DNA of 64,000 nt, taken from contig OX442314.1 in assembly GCA_949358305.1 (NCBI GenBank), forward strand, positions 31,434,001 to 31,498,000, given 5' to 3'. The notes beneath the pieces were generated by a model, which saw nothing but the letters and a program-made list of their open reading frames with translations, did not search any database and was not told where the DNA came from. The translations under genes and the position numbers were made by a program. Positions 10,562 to 21,440 of the stretch are shown piece by piece (the first letter of the stretch is position 1; each line of letters opens with the position of its first letter). This DNA is from Strigamia acuminata. Its lineage: Eukaryota.

Positions 10562-11887
10562 TCACTTGACTTCTTCTCCATCAGACTCCGATCCTTCACT
10601 CTCTTTCTTAAGAGTCTCACTGGACTCACCGACTTCGGACTTTTCTAGGGGAAGAAATTCCGCTGGTCTTCGGTCGATGACGAAATTGGGTTCTTCACCT
10701 ATATCTTCTGCGGGTGGAGATTTCGGCGCGTACTCCGGAGACCTTGGTTCATATTCTGGAGTCTTCTCAACTAACTCATAACTTTCTTCAATAGCCTTCT
10801 TCGAAGCGTCGTATATCTCCGCAATGCAGGGGAGTCCGTAGAACCATGAAGGGTTTATTAATCCTTTTCCGTCGGTGTTGACTCTGTCAATTAACAGTGT
10901 CCATATGTGCTCCAGCACAGCAAAAGATTCGCCTCGATTGGCGTTAAATATCAATTTCATCACATGGACAGCATAATTGATATTCGAGGGATCGGTAGAG
11001 TCTGAGCGCATTTGTTCCGTGATTTTCTCGGCAATTCTAAAAAGCGTCGGAAAATAGTAGCTCACCTCGTATTCGAATAGATGCGCTATTTTCGCTCCTG
11101 GTGGAGGGAAAAAGGGTTCCACAAGAAGTTCATTTTCGGCTTCTTTTTCGTTCTCCTTGGATACCGTTTGACATCCTTTATCGATGACTGTCGTACTCTG
11201 TGGTTTTCGGGAACTCTCTAGAGCTTCTGGCGGAATTCTCAGATCTTGCATTTCCCTTCCTAGTGGAGTGGTTATGGCGTTCAAGAACTCCGGGCTGATG
11301 TACGGCGATCTTCCGTCACTGGAGAGGACAATTTTACACTCCGGGCAAGTTGCCCACAACCTGGCCGGGGGAGGGTGAATTCCCATGACCACAAACGGCA
11401 GAAAGCTGGGGCGCCAAGGTTGGCCTTTGGGCCGCTTCTTTGTGCCCTCGCAATTGGAACATTGCGCCAGGTGGCCTCCGGTTCCCGATCCCGAGACCCA
11501 CCCGACGGCGGAACAAAAAGGACATGGCACTTCGTCCTTCGAGAGTACCATATCATCATGTGGTTTTCCGTTCTCTTTATCTTGTTTACACTGTTCTCGT
11601 CTTTTCTGGATCTGACGAACTTTATTTGCCAACTTTTGGCGATCTGACCATGCGCTGGTATTTGACCTATTCCTAGGTTGGTCGGACCTTCGGTAGGAGG
11701 AATACGACCTTTTTTCCCGGTCTCGGTCTGGTGAATCGTTAAATCTAACGTATTCTCTTTTTGGACGCTCTTGGCCAGTACAAGAGGAAGGTGTAGCGTC
11801 TTCCGAATTTCGGCGGCGTTTAGCTTCCATTGGTGGGGATTTCCTTCTTCGTTCGGGCGACTTGACTCGGTTGTACACAATTTCCAC
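10562..11887 (-). CDS. Element B additional ORF3 in the env position; unknown function, with three CxxC pairs
   Basis: 441-codon ORF between pol and the PPT. It has a basic/RS-rich N-terminus and CPFC, CSNC and CPEC motifs. No signal peptide or TM helix is visible. Start codon uncertain. Confidence 0.7.
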   Translation of the reverse strand: MEIVYNRVKSPERRRKSPPMEAKRRRNSEDATPSSCTGQERPKREYVRFNDSPDRDREKRSYSSYRRSDQPRNRSNTSAWSDRQKLANKVRQIQKRREQCKQDKENGKPHDDMVLSKDEVPCPFCSAVGWVSGSGTGGHLAQCSNCEGTKKRPKGQPWRPSFLPFVVMGIHPPPARLWATCPECKIVLSSDGRSPYISPEFLNAITTPLGREMQDLRIPPEALESSRKPQSTTVIDKGCQTVSKENEKEAENELLVEPFFPPPGAKIAHLFEYEVSYYFPTLFRIAEKITEQMRSDSTDPSNINYAVHVMKLIFNANRGESFAVLEHIWTLLIDRVNTDGKGLINPSWFYGLPCIAEIYDASKKAIEESYELVEKTPEYEPRSPEYAPKSPPAEDIGEEPNFVIDRRPAEFLPLEKSEVGESSETLKKESEGSESDGEEVK

Positions 11888-12161
11888 CTTTCGCGGTTTA
11901 CTGGTACTACATGAGTCTTACCACGAATCTCGAGGTTTTCTTGAAAGAAATCGCGACGAACTTTTCTATCGACGCAGGTGTCAAAGTTGACTCGCACATG
12001 TGTGTGAAGCTTGTGAGAGAACAAATCCTCTACTCTCTACCCGGGGTATTTTCACCCTATTCTCCTATAGGTTTATGATTTAACCATGACTAATTTGTGG
12101 GTCAAAAAGTGACCCGATTTTTTATCTTTTTTAAATTTTTATTTAAAAAAATACGCTATCA

Positions 12162-15100
12162 CTAGCGGCGATCTTGAATCAGATGTATAAAATCTGTTGT
12201 GCATTCTTGATCTGTCGTAGAAATTCGCTTCGTACGAGGTTGCAGTTGTGAAAGTTCACAACTTCTTTTCCTTTTCCTAAGGTTATAATCATGTTTTGGA
12301 TTATTAACTACGATGTCGCTTTCTTTTGAAGCGGGTGTTGTAACTTCTTCGGGATCTAATTCCATATTAGCAGAATTATTTCCTAATTCTTGATTATTTA
12401 ATTCACTTGAATTATTTACGGTTGAACTTTCGTTCATCCAATCAGGGTTTGGGTGATTCTCTACTCTTCCACTCTTTTGGTCGAGTGTCCAAGTCTCAAT
12501 CGGGTAAGATGGGATATAAGGTGAGAGATCATCAGTATTTATGGATGGTTCTATTGATCCATCAACTAATTTTCTCAACTTATAAGCACCTCCAGGTAAA
12601 ACTTCCGTAATTTCCCACGGTCCATCTCGTTTCTCGGCGAAACCTTTAGTAATTCCTTTCTCTTTATTTGAAAGGATGTGAGTGGCTTTCCATACCAAAT
12701 CACCGACAGTATATTCACAAATGTGAAATTTATTTCTGTGAATCTTGTCGTGTCTCTCATAATTTGCTTGAATACGCAAATGCATCTCTTGATGTGCTCG
12801 ACGTAAAATTCCAAGTAAATTATATACGTATTCTTCCGGGTTATTCTTGTCAAATGCATTTGCATGTTGAATGATCCGAGGATCAAAGGGAAGAGGTACA
12901 TTTCTTCCTGTGTTCAATAAGAATGGCGTTGCGCCTGTAGCTTCTGATTTAGCCGTTCTCGAGGCAAATGCAAATTCGTTTAAGAATCTCGGCCAATGGG
13001 AGTGAATGTCTGAATAAAGAGCCAGCATTATTTTGATGTCTCTATTGGCCCTTTCCGTAGGATTGGCCTGAGCGTGATATGGACTCACATGAGCCATTCT
13101 GATGTTGTGTTTTTTACAAAACTCTTCATAAATCGTGGATATGAATTGGCTCCCGTTATCACTAACAATTTTCTTTGGGTATCCCCATCTATGAATCACT
13201 TCTCCTAACCTATTCACAATAGATTCACTAGATGCCTTACTTAAAGGGAATAATTCTACCCATTTAGTACATTGATCTATAATTACTAATACAAATCTGT
13301 ATTGGCTTCTTCCTGTCGGTTTGGGACCCATTAAATCAATGCAGATTACTTCCCACGGGTAAGACATGTTATGAGGAGTGTAACTCGCTCTATGCTTTTT
13401 ATGTTGACAGGGCTTGTATTGCTGGCAATGAATACAACTTCGGACGTAATTGCGAGTATCTTTATTCATCTTCGGCCAGTAATATATAAGTTTTGCTCGT
13501 TCGAGCGTCTTACTCATCCCTGCATGTCCACTTAATGGATGTCCGTGACAGGCAAACAGTACTCTTCGTACTAATGTCGGTGGAATGACAGCTTTAAATC
13601 CGTTTCCAGAGTCATTCAATTCCTCTTCAAACGTTGGTTTGAAATAAATCAGCATTTCATTACCATTTTCTTCTTGAAAATCTAATTGGTAACCTTGGAC
13701 TGCTTTCATCCATTCTTTAGTTTTCTTAAACTTTCTTTGTTCGATTTCATCTCGTTTCAGATGATCGATTATTATTCTACACTCTTTGTCGGCTAGTTGA
13801 GCTTTTATAATTTCTTCTCGAGTCGGTGGAACTTCCTTTAAAACTTCAGTTAAAGCACTAAATAGTGTTTCTTCTGTAGCTTCATCCATCTTCTCCCCCT
13901 TTTCCAAAGTATTGTATAATAATTTGGAATAATCGAAATGAAGCTGCACATTCGTGAGAAATTGGCAATCTTCTCTATTATTCCTTCGAATAATTTCTCG
14001 ATTTCCGTCCCATTCCGGCCAGAATTGAGTAATCTCGATTGGCTCACAATAATCATTCTCTGGAATGTCTTCGATCTCCAAAGGCGCTCTCGAGAAGGCG
14101 TCGGCAACTTGGTTCTGGGTACCTCGTCGATATTTAATCTTAAAGGCGCCACATTGAAGTTTAATTGCCCAACGACCAAATCGTCCCGATGGTTCTGGTG
14201 TTCCCATCAGCCATTTTAATGCTTCGGCGTCTGATTCCAAAGTAAAAGTCGTATATTCGATATACGGTCGGAATTTGTCGACTGCCCATACTACTGCTAA
14301 ACACTCGAGTTCGGGTGTTGAGTAGCGTACTTCTGCCCCTCGTAAGACTCGACTAGCATAAGCTACGGGTCTAGGAGTCATGATCATTTCTCTTTTTCCT
14401 TCATCGAAGAATTCTACATCTTGGCATAACACACTACCAAGTCCATCATGCGATGCGTCTGTCAAGATTACGAATGGTTTCATCATATCTGGCATTAACA
14501 AAACCTGTGTTTCGTCACATAAAATATTTTTTATTGTTTCAAAAGCTTTCTCTTGTTCTTCTCCCCATTCGAACACTGCTTTATCATGCATCATGCTAGT
14601 TAGAGGCCTAGCAATTTTTGCATGTTCGGGAATAAATTTCCGGAAGAAATTTGACAAGCCATGAAATCGTTGAATATCCTTGGAATTCTTAGGAGTTGGA
14701 TATTTCCTAACGGATACTATCTTGTCTGGGTCAGGTGCTAATCCGGTTGGAGTTATCAAATGACCCAAAAATTTGAGTGTAGTTTTTCCAAATTTTGATT
14801 TTTCCTTATTTACTGATAAGTTGGCCTTATCTAGTCTTTCCAACACATCTTTGATATGTTCAAGATGTTTCTCCCAAGTGGTGGAGAAGATTATCACGTC
14901 GTCCAAATAGACTAACGCGTGTTTGTATAATGCTTCGCCCATCACTCGTTCCATTAAGAACTGAAATGTACACGGCGCATTGCAAAGACCAAAAGGCATG
15001 CGGACAAATTGGTAATTGCCTTTCGGAGTATAAAAGGCTGTTTTCTGTCTATCTTCCTCGTCCATCTCGACCTGATAATAACCTTTGGTAAGGTCAAGAG

Positions 15101-16454
15101 ACGTGAAATATTTTGCCTGATTTGTATTGTGGAGTAACAAATCAATACTTGGCATTTGTATGGCGTTAATTTCGGTGATTGCATTCAACCACCGATAATC
15201 GATACATAAACGATAAGTACCATTTGGTTTGGCTACGATCACTGGATGACTTATGTAAGGTCCAGTAGCTCTTTCGATCAAATTATCCGCTTCTAATTCT
15301 TCTACTAATTTAGTCATAATGGCTATTTTAGCAGGGTTATACATTCGAAATGGTTGTTTTTTCCACGTTACATCCTTTTTAAAGGTGATCTTATGCTTTA
15401 TTATGTTAGTACATCCGACTTTATCTCTAAAGACGTTCTTAACACTAGCAATTACTTCGCGTAATTTACTTTTTTCCTCATCTGAACAGTCACAATCCTT
15501 TACCAGCAATTCTTCCCAATTATCTGGCGTGTGTGTGGCTGTTGCGTTGTCAGTCAACACTTGTACTCGAGCTAAATTACAATTTAACTCGTCAGTTTCG
15601 TAGGGTGCAGTCCAGTCGGACTTGCTGTCGCAAGTAAATACAGCTCGTGCTGGATTTAAATTAATTTTGGTTCGGCGCATAAAATTATGTCCGATAATTA
15701 ATCCACACACATTATTATCCAAAATGATAAAATTTATTGGTGTGAATTCTGCTCCATCTGCCCATTGTACACACAAAGTAATTTGTCCTAGTGGAATATG
15801 AGTAACTCCAACTGCACAAACTCTCATGTGTTTTGGACAATCTTGTATGAAATCGGGAGATGCACAAGTTTTACTTAGTAATTGCAACCCAATAAAACAC
15901 TGTGTGGCTCCTGAGTCCATCAAAGCATTGTAGGTGAGTCCACCTATTGTAATTTTCATTCGGGGGTCGTCGATGTGATTTCCCAATTTATTAATTCGTT
16001 CGATGCCATCTTTTCGTTTTAACTGATTCTCGTTAATGTAAGATTTTAATCTCGCAAATCTGGAGGATTTGGAGTCGGGATTCAAATTATCAATCATTGA
16101 TTGTAAATTCTCGAATACTCCTCCACTAGAACTGGTGGATTCATCACGAATATTAAGGTTGGATGTATCTTGTATCAATCTAGCTAAAGATTCGTCCCCC
16201 TTATCTAGAGAAAACAGGTCGTCGTGAAAATTCAAGAACGGGTTTGCTGTCTCCTCTGCCGAAAAGGGCGTATTTGACGCGATTTTAAACTTATAATTCC
16301 AGTTCCTTTTCCGTGTCTTCCGGTTAGGACGAGCACGCTTAATTTCTTTATCTTGAATAGTTAAATTATCCAAAGTTTCGGAAAGTGCTTGTTCCAAGTC
16401 TGGTGGTAAAATTCCTTCGGAATTATTAATAGGGGGCTCGAGGACCCCCGCCAC
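12162..16454 (-). CDS. pol: Element B Pol (protease-RT-RNase H-integrase), expressed by -1 frameshift
   Basis: ALMDSGAT, YLDD, TDASHDGLG, HGHPLSGH..CIHC, IDLMG/SDNG/ERANR; Gypsy domain order. Confidence 0.96.
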   Translation of the reverse strand: MAGVLEPPINNSEGILPPDLEQALSETLDNLTIQDKEIKRARPNRKTRKRNWNYKFKIASNTPFSAEETANPFLNFHDDLFSLDKGDESLARLIQDTSNLNIRDESTSSSGGVFENLQSMIDNLNPDSKSSRFARLKSYINENQLKRKDGIERINKLGNHIDDPRMKITIGGLTYNALMDSGATQCFIGLQLLSKTCASPDFIQDCPKHMRVCAVGVTHIPLGQITLCVQWADGAEFTPINFIILDNNVCGLIIGHNFMRRTKINLNPARAVFTCDSKSDWTAPYETDELNCNLARVQVLTDNATATHTPDNWEELLVKDCDCSDEEKSKLREVIASVKNVFRDKVGCTNIIKHKITFKKDVTWKKQPFRMYNPAKIAIMTKLVEELEADNLIERATGPYISHPVIVAKPNGTYRLCIDYRWLNAITEINAIQMPSIDLLLHNTNQAKYFTSLDLTKGYYQVEMDEEDRQKTAFYTPKGNYQFVRMPFGLCNAPCTFQFLMERVMGEALYKHALVYLDDVIIFSTTWEKHLEHIKDVLERLDKANLSVNKEKSKFGKTTLKFLGHLITPTGLAPDPDKIVSVRKYPTPKNSKDIQRFHGLSNFFRKFIPEHAKIARPLTSMMHDKAVFEWGEEQEKAFETIKNILCDETQVLLMPDMMKPFVILTDASHDGLGSVLCQDVEFFDEGKREMIMTPRPVAYASRVLRGAEVRYSTPELECLAVVWAVDKFRPYIEYTTFTLESDAEALKWLMGTPEPSGRFGRWAIKLQCGAFKIKYRRGTQNQVADAFSRAPLEIEDIPENDYCEPIEITQFWPEWDGNREIIRRNNREDCQFLTNVQLHFDYSKLLYNTLEKGEKMDEATEETLFSALTEVLKEVPPTREEIIKAQLADKECRIIIDHLKRDEIEQRKFKKTKEWMKAVQGYQLDFQEENGNEMLIYFKPTFEEELNDSGNGFKAVIPPTLVRRVLFACHGHPLSGHAGMSKTLERAKLIYYWPKMNKDTRNYVRSCIHCQQYKPCQHKKHRASYTPHNMSYPWEVICIDLMGPKPTGRSQYRFVLVIIDQCTKWVELFPLSKASSESIVNRLGEVIHRWGYPKKIVSDNGSQFISTIYEEFCKKHNIRMAHVSPYHAQANPTERANRDIKIMLALYSDIHSHWPRFLNEFAFASRTAKSEATGATPFLLNTGRNVPLPFDPRIIQHANAFDKNNPEEYVYNLLGILRRAHQEMHLRIQANYERHDKIHRNKFHICEYTVGDLVWKATHILSNKEKGITKGFAEKRDGPWEITEVLPGGAYKLRKLVDGSIEPSINTDDLSPYIPSYPIETWTLDQKSGRVENHPNPDWMNESSTVNNSSELNNQELGNNSANMELDPEEVTTPASKESDIVVNNPKHDYNLRKRKRSCELSQLQPRTKRISTTDQECTTDFIHLIQDRR

Positions 16455-16463
16455 TAGTTTTTT
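16432..16463 (-). promoter_or_regulatory. -1 ribosomal frameshift signal of element B
   Basis: A AAA AAC (16457-16463) immediately before the gag TAG, followed by hairpin GGGGGTC-CTC-GAGCCCCC. The -1 frame reads directly into pol. Confidence 0.8.
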
Positions 16464-18790
16464 GGAACCGGTGGGGTTTCAGTAATTGGTGCCGTAGTAG
16501 CGTTCTTCGGGTCTAAGAATTTACTAAATAAATCCGACACTGTCTTACTTATCGTTGTTTGCATACTGTTATTCATATCAGTTTTTAACTCTTCCATTTT
16601 TTGATCAATAGCTTCGGCAGTTACCCAATTTTGGCGTGGTCGCTTAAATTCGTTCGGCTGCTGATTAGCGCTATTGTTATTGGAATTATTATTTCCAGGG
16701 AAATTATTGCTAAATTTTCGCTTTGGAAGCAGAGGACATTCTCTTTTGAAATGACCTGGTTGTTTACAATGAAAACATTTCCCTGTCTGATTTTCCGACA
16801 TGGCACATAATAAATTATCCATTGATACATTATTCTCTGTCAACTCATTGACTTCCATTATTTCTTCTTCCGGCTCTATTTCCATCATTTGAGTGGATCG
16901 AGCCGAAGGTCTCATATTTTTGGTATCTTTAGAATACTTCTGGTTGTTAGATACCACTTTATCAATTTCCTTGGAATTCTCTGTACGGATTCTTTGGGGT
17001 TCAAAGAGTGCTCTATTCGTTCGTACGAATTGAAAGATTTTGTCTACTGACTCGCTCCTGTACAGATTTCGATCGATTAATCTATTGTAACTCGTCCAAT
17101 TCAGGTTGTCGAAAAGTGTGGCAACATTTCCTCTTTCGGAATACGATCCTTGGGCTTTAGTGAATCTGACTAGAAATTCATATAAAGGTTCATCGTCTCC
17201 TTGGATTACTTTTCGTAAATTTCGGAGTCGAGTAGTTGGAATCATGTCGAATTCTTCACGAAATAATTCTACGAAGGTTTCCCAGTTGGTAAACTTGGTT
17301 TTATTCTCGTCATACCATTGTTGGGCTAATCCGGACAAATAGGTGGGAATACCTTGATTAACCATTTCGTCCAGAGTTAATCCCTTTGAAATAGCTACAG
17401 TTTTAGCTACTGATAAAAATTTATCTATATCCTCCTGTTTTCCATCGAAAACTGGAAGGTCTTGTCCTTTGAAAAAGACTTTACTGGGTCCTGGATTATT
17501 AGATCGTTGCGGCCCAGTTGTTTGTTGAGTTTGAACGAATGTATCTATTCGACTATCCAATTGTTTTTGGAATTGGGCGGCCATATTTTGTTGCATTTTC
17601 AAAATATAGTCAAATGAAATATTAGTTCCGTCAGAGGGAAGTCTAGTTTCTGTAGAACTTTCTGCCGAGAAATGTGAGCTTGGAATGTCATCGGTAGATG
17701 CACGTGACGGATTTGTCTGGTCTCGGGGTTCACTACCATGGCTAGCCCGAGTGGACGCCGCGAGATTTAGCCGGATGCTTTCCTGTAAGGTTTTCTCCCG
17801 CTTGCGTTGATTGTCTTCAATTCTGTTCACTTCCGCCCACTTCTTATTGTATTGATCTTGTTGCTTTTGGAACTTTTCATCGTGTTCCTGTCGCCATTGA
17901 GCCCGTAATTGATTAATTAGAATTTTATCGTTTTTGTCTATCGACTTACGAACTTCGTTTTGATTGACAACTTCTCCTTCAAGTTTATCTTGGCGAATCT
18001 TTTCGTCGTTAATCTGTTTTTGATTAATTGCTTCCAGCCTAATTCGTTCCTTTTCCACTTCGTCTAATCTCAATTGTTCTTGTCGAGTTTGAGGTAAGAC
18101 TGGAGATGGTAGTGGAGATAATTTCCGTCGAATGGCGGATTTATTGCCTCGCCCTCTAGGGGTTTGTTTGGCAAAATGTCTCGTCCCATTCTCCGTATAA
18201 ATATGTGGATTGGGTTGCTTTTTAGCATTTTCAGGTTGAAAAGTTGAAAAATTGGATCCTCCTACCTCCGAAATACTTGGAGTATTGTGGTAACTGGCGT
18301 TGCGGGAGTGAGGAGTTCTATTTCCTAAACTGGACTGATCAAGCGATTCCTTGCTTGATGTTCGAAATAATTCTCGAATATCTTGGTTACGAACCGACGG
18401 AGTTTTAATTCTTGCTTGATCCCCCAACTTACGTTGTGGAGTTTTAGATCGTGATCGGTTTTCTTCAGACAGATCTCTTGGCGACGGGATTGGGTCCTTT
18501 CCAGAATTATGGTTCGCCGAACTCTCCTTCGAAAGTTCTGCTCGTTTTTCCGGAGTTGGATTAATACGTATGTTACGTAACGCCCGCTTCGTCACAAATT
18601 CAGAAGCTTCGATTATGGTTTTGAACTGAGTTCTATCTAGTTCGTAATGCGTACAAAACTGTGTGAGTTCATCGGGAATCATTTCCGTTTGGTCACAAAG
18701 TTTTACATAACTTGAATCCAAGCTAACTATTTCTTCTACGGCCTTTTCTTCAGCCACTTTTTCTTCGTTAGGAAGATTGTTTGGATCCAT
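16454..18790 (-). CDS. gag: Element B Gag
   Basis: 778 aa; capsid-like LPVFDG..YLSGLAQQWY..QGDDEP and zinc knuckle CFHCKQPGHFKREC. Confidence 0.93.
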   Translation of the reverse strand: MDPNNLPNEEKVAEEKAVEEIVSLDSSYVKLCDQTEMIPDELTQFCTHYELDRTQFKTIIEASEFVTKRALRNIRINPTPEKRAELSKESSANHNSGKDPIPSPRDLSEENRSRSKTPQRKLGDQARIKTPSVRNQDIRELFRTSSKESLDQSSLGNRTPHSRNASYHNTPSISEVGGSNFSTFQPENAKKQPNPHIYTENGTRHFAKQTPRGRGNKSAIRRKLSPLPSPVLPQTRQEQLRLDEVEKERIRLEAINQKQINDEKIRQDKLEGEVVNQNEVRKSIDKNDKILINQLRAQWRQEHDEKFQKQQDQYNKKWAEVNRIEDNQRKREKTLQESIRLNLAASTRASHGSEPRDQTNPSRASTDDIPSSHFSAESSTETRLPSDGTNISFDYILKMQQNMAAQFQKQLDSRIDTFVQTQQTTGPQRSNNPGPSKVFFKGQDLPVFDGKQEDIDKFLSVAKTVAISKGLTLDEMVNQGIPTYLSGLAQQWYDENKTKFTNWETFVELFREEFDMIPTTRLRNLRKVIQGDDEPLYEFLVRFTKAQGSYSERGNVATLFDNLNWTSYNRLIDRNLYRSESVDKIFQFVRTNRALFEPQRIRTENSKEIDKVVSNNQKYSKDTKNMRPSARSTQMMEIEPEEEIMEVNELTENNVSMDNLLCAMSENQTGKCFHCKQPGHFKRECPLLPKRKFSNNFPGNNNSNNNSANQQPNEFKRPRQNWVTAEAIDQKMEELKTDMNNSMQTTISKTVSDLFSKFLDPKNATTAPITETPPVPKN

Positions 18791-19600
18791 TTTATAAAAA
18801 TATAATTGAATCGGTCTTTTTTACTATTTTAGCGGTGGAAAACTTCGAATCGTAACTAGAATCGGATGGCGCAGTCAGGATGGTTACTGAAACACGTCTG
18901 CTGGTCTGGTCTGGAAGCGAATGATCTCAATCTGATCTGGCTCTCCTTTAATAGCAAGGGGCTGGGGATCCTTAGATCACCTAGTTCCTGATTGGCTGGT
19001 TCGTTATCAACTGATTGTATAACGAACGTATCATTTTCGTCATCAGTTCTCTACTAAGTCCGTTCTTTTCGACTTTTAGTCTTTACCGATAAAATAAAAT
19101 TCCTTCGAGAGATTATTTGTAAATATTCCCAAAATTATATATTTCATAAAAATAAAATAAATTCACTTTCAACCTTTGTCAATTGTTTCCAATTATTATA
19201 TCTTCTCCTTAATACTGGATTTTACTTTGAAGTTCCATATTCTGCAAGTTTTCTTTGTCTTGCGATTCGTTAAACATGTTTAAACTTGTCTTACTTTTAC
19301 TTTTTCACGGAAAAATAAAGTAAATATCAAAATATAACTATTCTGTGTTTTATATCCATCAAATTCTCCGAAGCTTTAGTTTTTTAAATACTTCGATTAA
19401 ATCTATCTCAACCATCGTGTGATAGATTTAGAATTCCTGGTTGCAATTCCTTCGTCCAGAATTGTATTATTCATTTTCTTCGAGAAAACAGAATGTACTT
19501 TCTAAAACTGCAATTTGTAAAATTTATTTACAAATTTTTTTAGCCTTATTTATCTCAAAAAAATTCACTTTTACAATTCAATCGAATTAATTGCAACCTA

Positions 19601-19618
19601 ATCTCGGTGGGACCTCCA
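19601..19618 (-). promoter_or_regulatory. Primer-binding site of B (tRNA-Gln)
   Basis: TGGAGGTCCCACCGAGAT, 2 nt inside the 5' LTR; complementary to the metazoan tRNA-Gln 3' end. Confidence 0.85.
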
Positions 19619-20387
19619 CGTGTGACGGTGACGACCACAACTCCCATTTAACAATGGTACCGGGAAGAGATCGCGATAAATAACAGTGAATACAATACGA
19701 GATAAATACAAGACAATTTATTGTTGGCAAACAATATGCAGTGAGCTAAATTATACATAAGACTAATGCCAACATTTGGCAAGTTAACTGACTATTAAAC
19801 TATACAAAGCATAGGCCAATTGGTCCTAAAATAATATCATTACGTGTCTGGGATAAGGGAGCAGTTTCCCCATCGCTCGACCTGGTTTACAGATGTCATC
19901 TAAGCCGGATGGCTGTGTCCTGGAGTCCGATATGGCTTCGCTGGTTTCCTTGGTTCGCTGTGTAAATTATCGCACGTCGATAAATCGAATGATCTGAGCA
20001 TTGCGGTTGACTTTGTCTGCACCGCCACAACTTTGGGAGGATATTGGTGTAAGTAAATGTATTCATTTTACTTATCAATATTCCGCTTATGAATTATATT
20101 TAATTCATATCGTTGTGAATTCTTATTTAGATATTTTTGTGGATAAGTTGTCATCAACTTATCAGTTACATTTGCGTCTTTGATGTAATCGTGATCGTAA
20201 TTAAGTCTTCTGACTTGGTTAATCAACTTGTCGCCAAGTTAATATTTAGCTGTTATAAATAAAATGAAGATTAGGCTTCCCGTCGCAACACACAATTGCC
20301 GTCGAAAGAAAATATACGCCTTGCAATGCAGAACGGTATCAAGCGTCCCCTGCGTCGCGACACGGTCGTTCGTCTGGCGATTGACGG

Positions 20388-21404
20388 TGTCGCGCTCAAC
20401 TCTAACCGTCGCTAACTCGTGGGTTGATTACTTAATTCGACTAACTCACTACCGCTTTGTCTCAAGCGGTTTACCCAAAGAAATGATTACACAGATATAA
20501 AAGGTAAAATATAATATAGATTTATTCTGTGGGACAATGTACAGATATATCTTATATATATATATGAAAGGTAGGTAAAAGGTAAATCGGAATGGGTGAA
20601 AGGAAATGGAAAGGTAAAGGTATGATGAAAGCTGGCTGGAATCGGCGAGGTCGTCTGTTGTCTCGGTCGTGTCCAAGATGGCGTCCTCGTTGTGGCAACG
20701 TGGTGTCGTCTTGGGCCGGCGTGGCAATATGGCGTCCTCGGCTCGTCTCTGGCTGGTCCTTCGGGCTCACGCTGGTCGGGCGCGAGTGAATGCTTAGTTA
20801 AAAGGCTTACTTCGGGCTGTTGTCTAGGTTTTTGTGTGGTGTCCGGCGATCACACAGCGGCGGACTCTTCTGGCTCCCGGCGGTCACACAGCGGCGGGAA
20901 CGCTCGTCGTGGTTTTACTGCAGTTTAGGCTTGTGCGACCGTTTGTCTGCACAACTCGCTAAACTGGAGTGGTTTTTACTATTTCTAGCTGGTGTGCTAA
21001 AATAGTGTGGTAATCTTATCTCGCAGGTTACTCTGCGGAGTTTGACACTGACCAAACGTACTCACGGTAAATTGTCCTTTGTCCTTGGTCAATCCCAGTA
21101 TATTTTACTTGGGCCTGATCTTGTAGGACGACGGGTTTACGTGTGTTTCTCGTTTGATGGTTGTGTTGGTTCTGCCCGCTCAGTGCAAGGCACATTCCTT
21201 TGCACAAAGCGGGGTTGACAGGTGACCAGAATCACCCAATGGTGGGGTGGACGAGCCATCCCCACTCCCTCAGGGCAGACGCCTGTCCATTGACTAGATG
21301 TCAATGCACTGAGGGAAGGGAGACGCGCTTGCGGCTCCCCTTACACCCGAAACGAGGTCACGAGAGAAACTCTTCGTTGACCCCGGTCCAGTCGGGTCAC
21401 AACA
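20388..21404 (-). repeat. Element C 3' LTR
   Basis: Direct repeat of 30053-31069; one substitution noticed (GTGAAAGG versus GTGAAGGG). Confidence 0.95.
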
Positions 21405-21440
21405 CTTCCCCCTCCGAGCTCAGACCGTGGGGCTGAGCGA

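Noticed and set aside
10562..11887. env gene call for B ORF3
   Set aside because: No signal peptide, fusion peptide or TM anchor visible.
19601..19618. tRNA gene
   Set aside because: Only the 18-nt 3'-end complement (PBS) is present; no cloverleaf. The same applies to the other PBSs.
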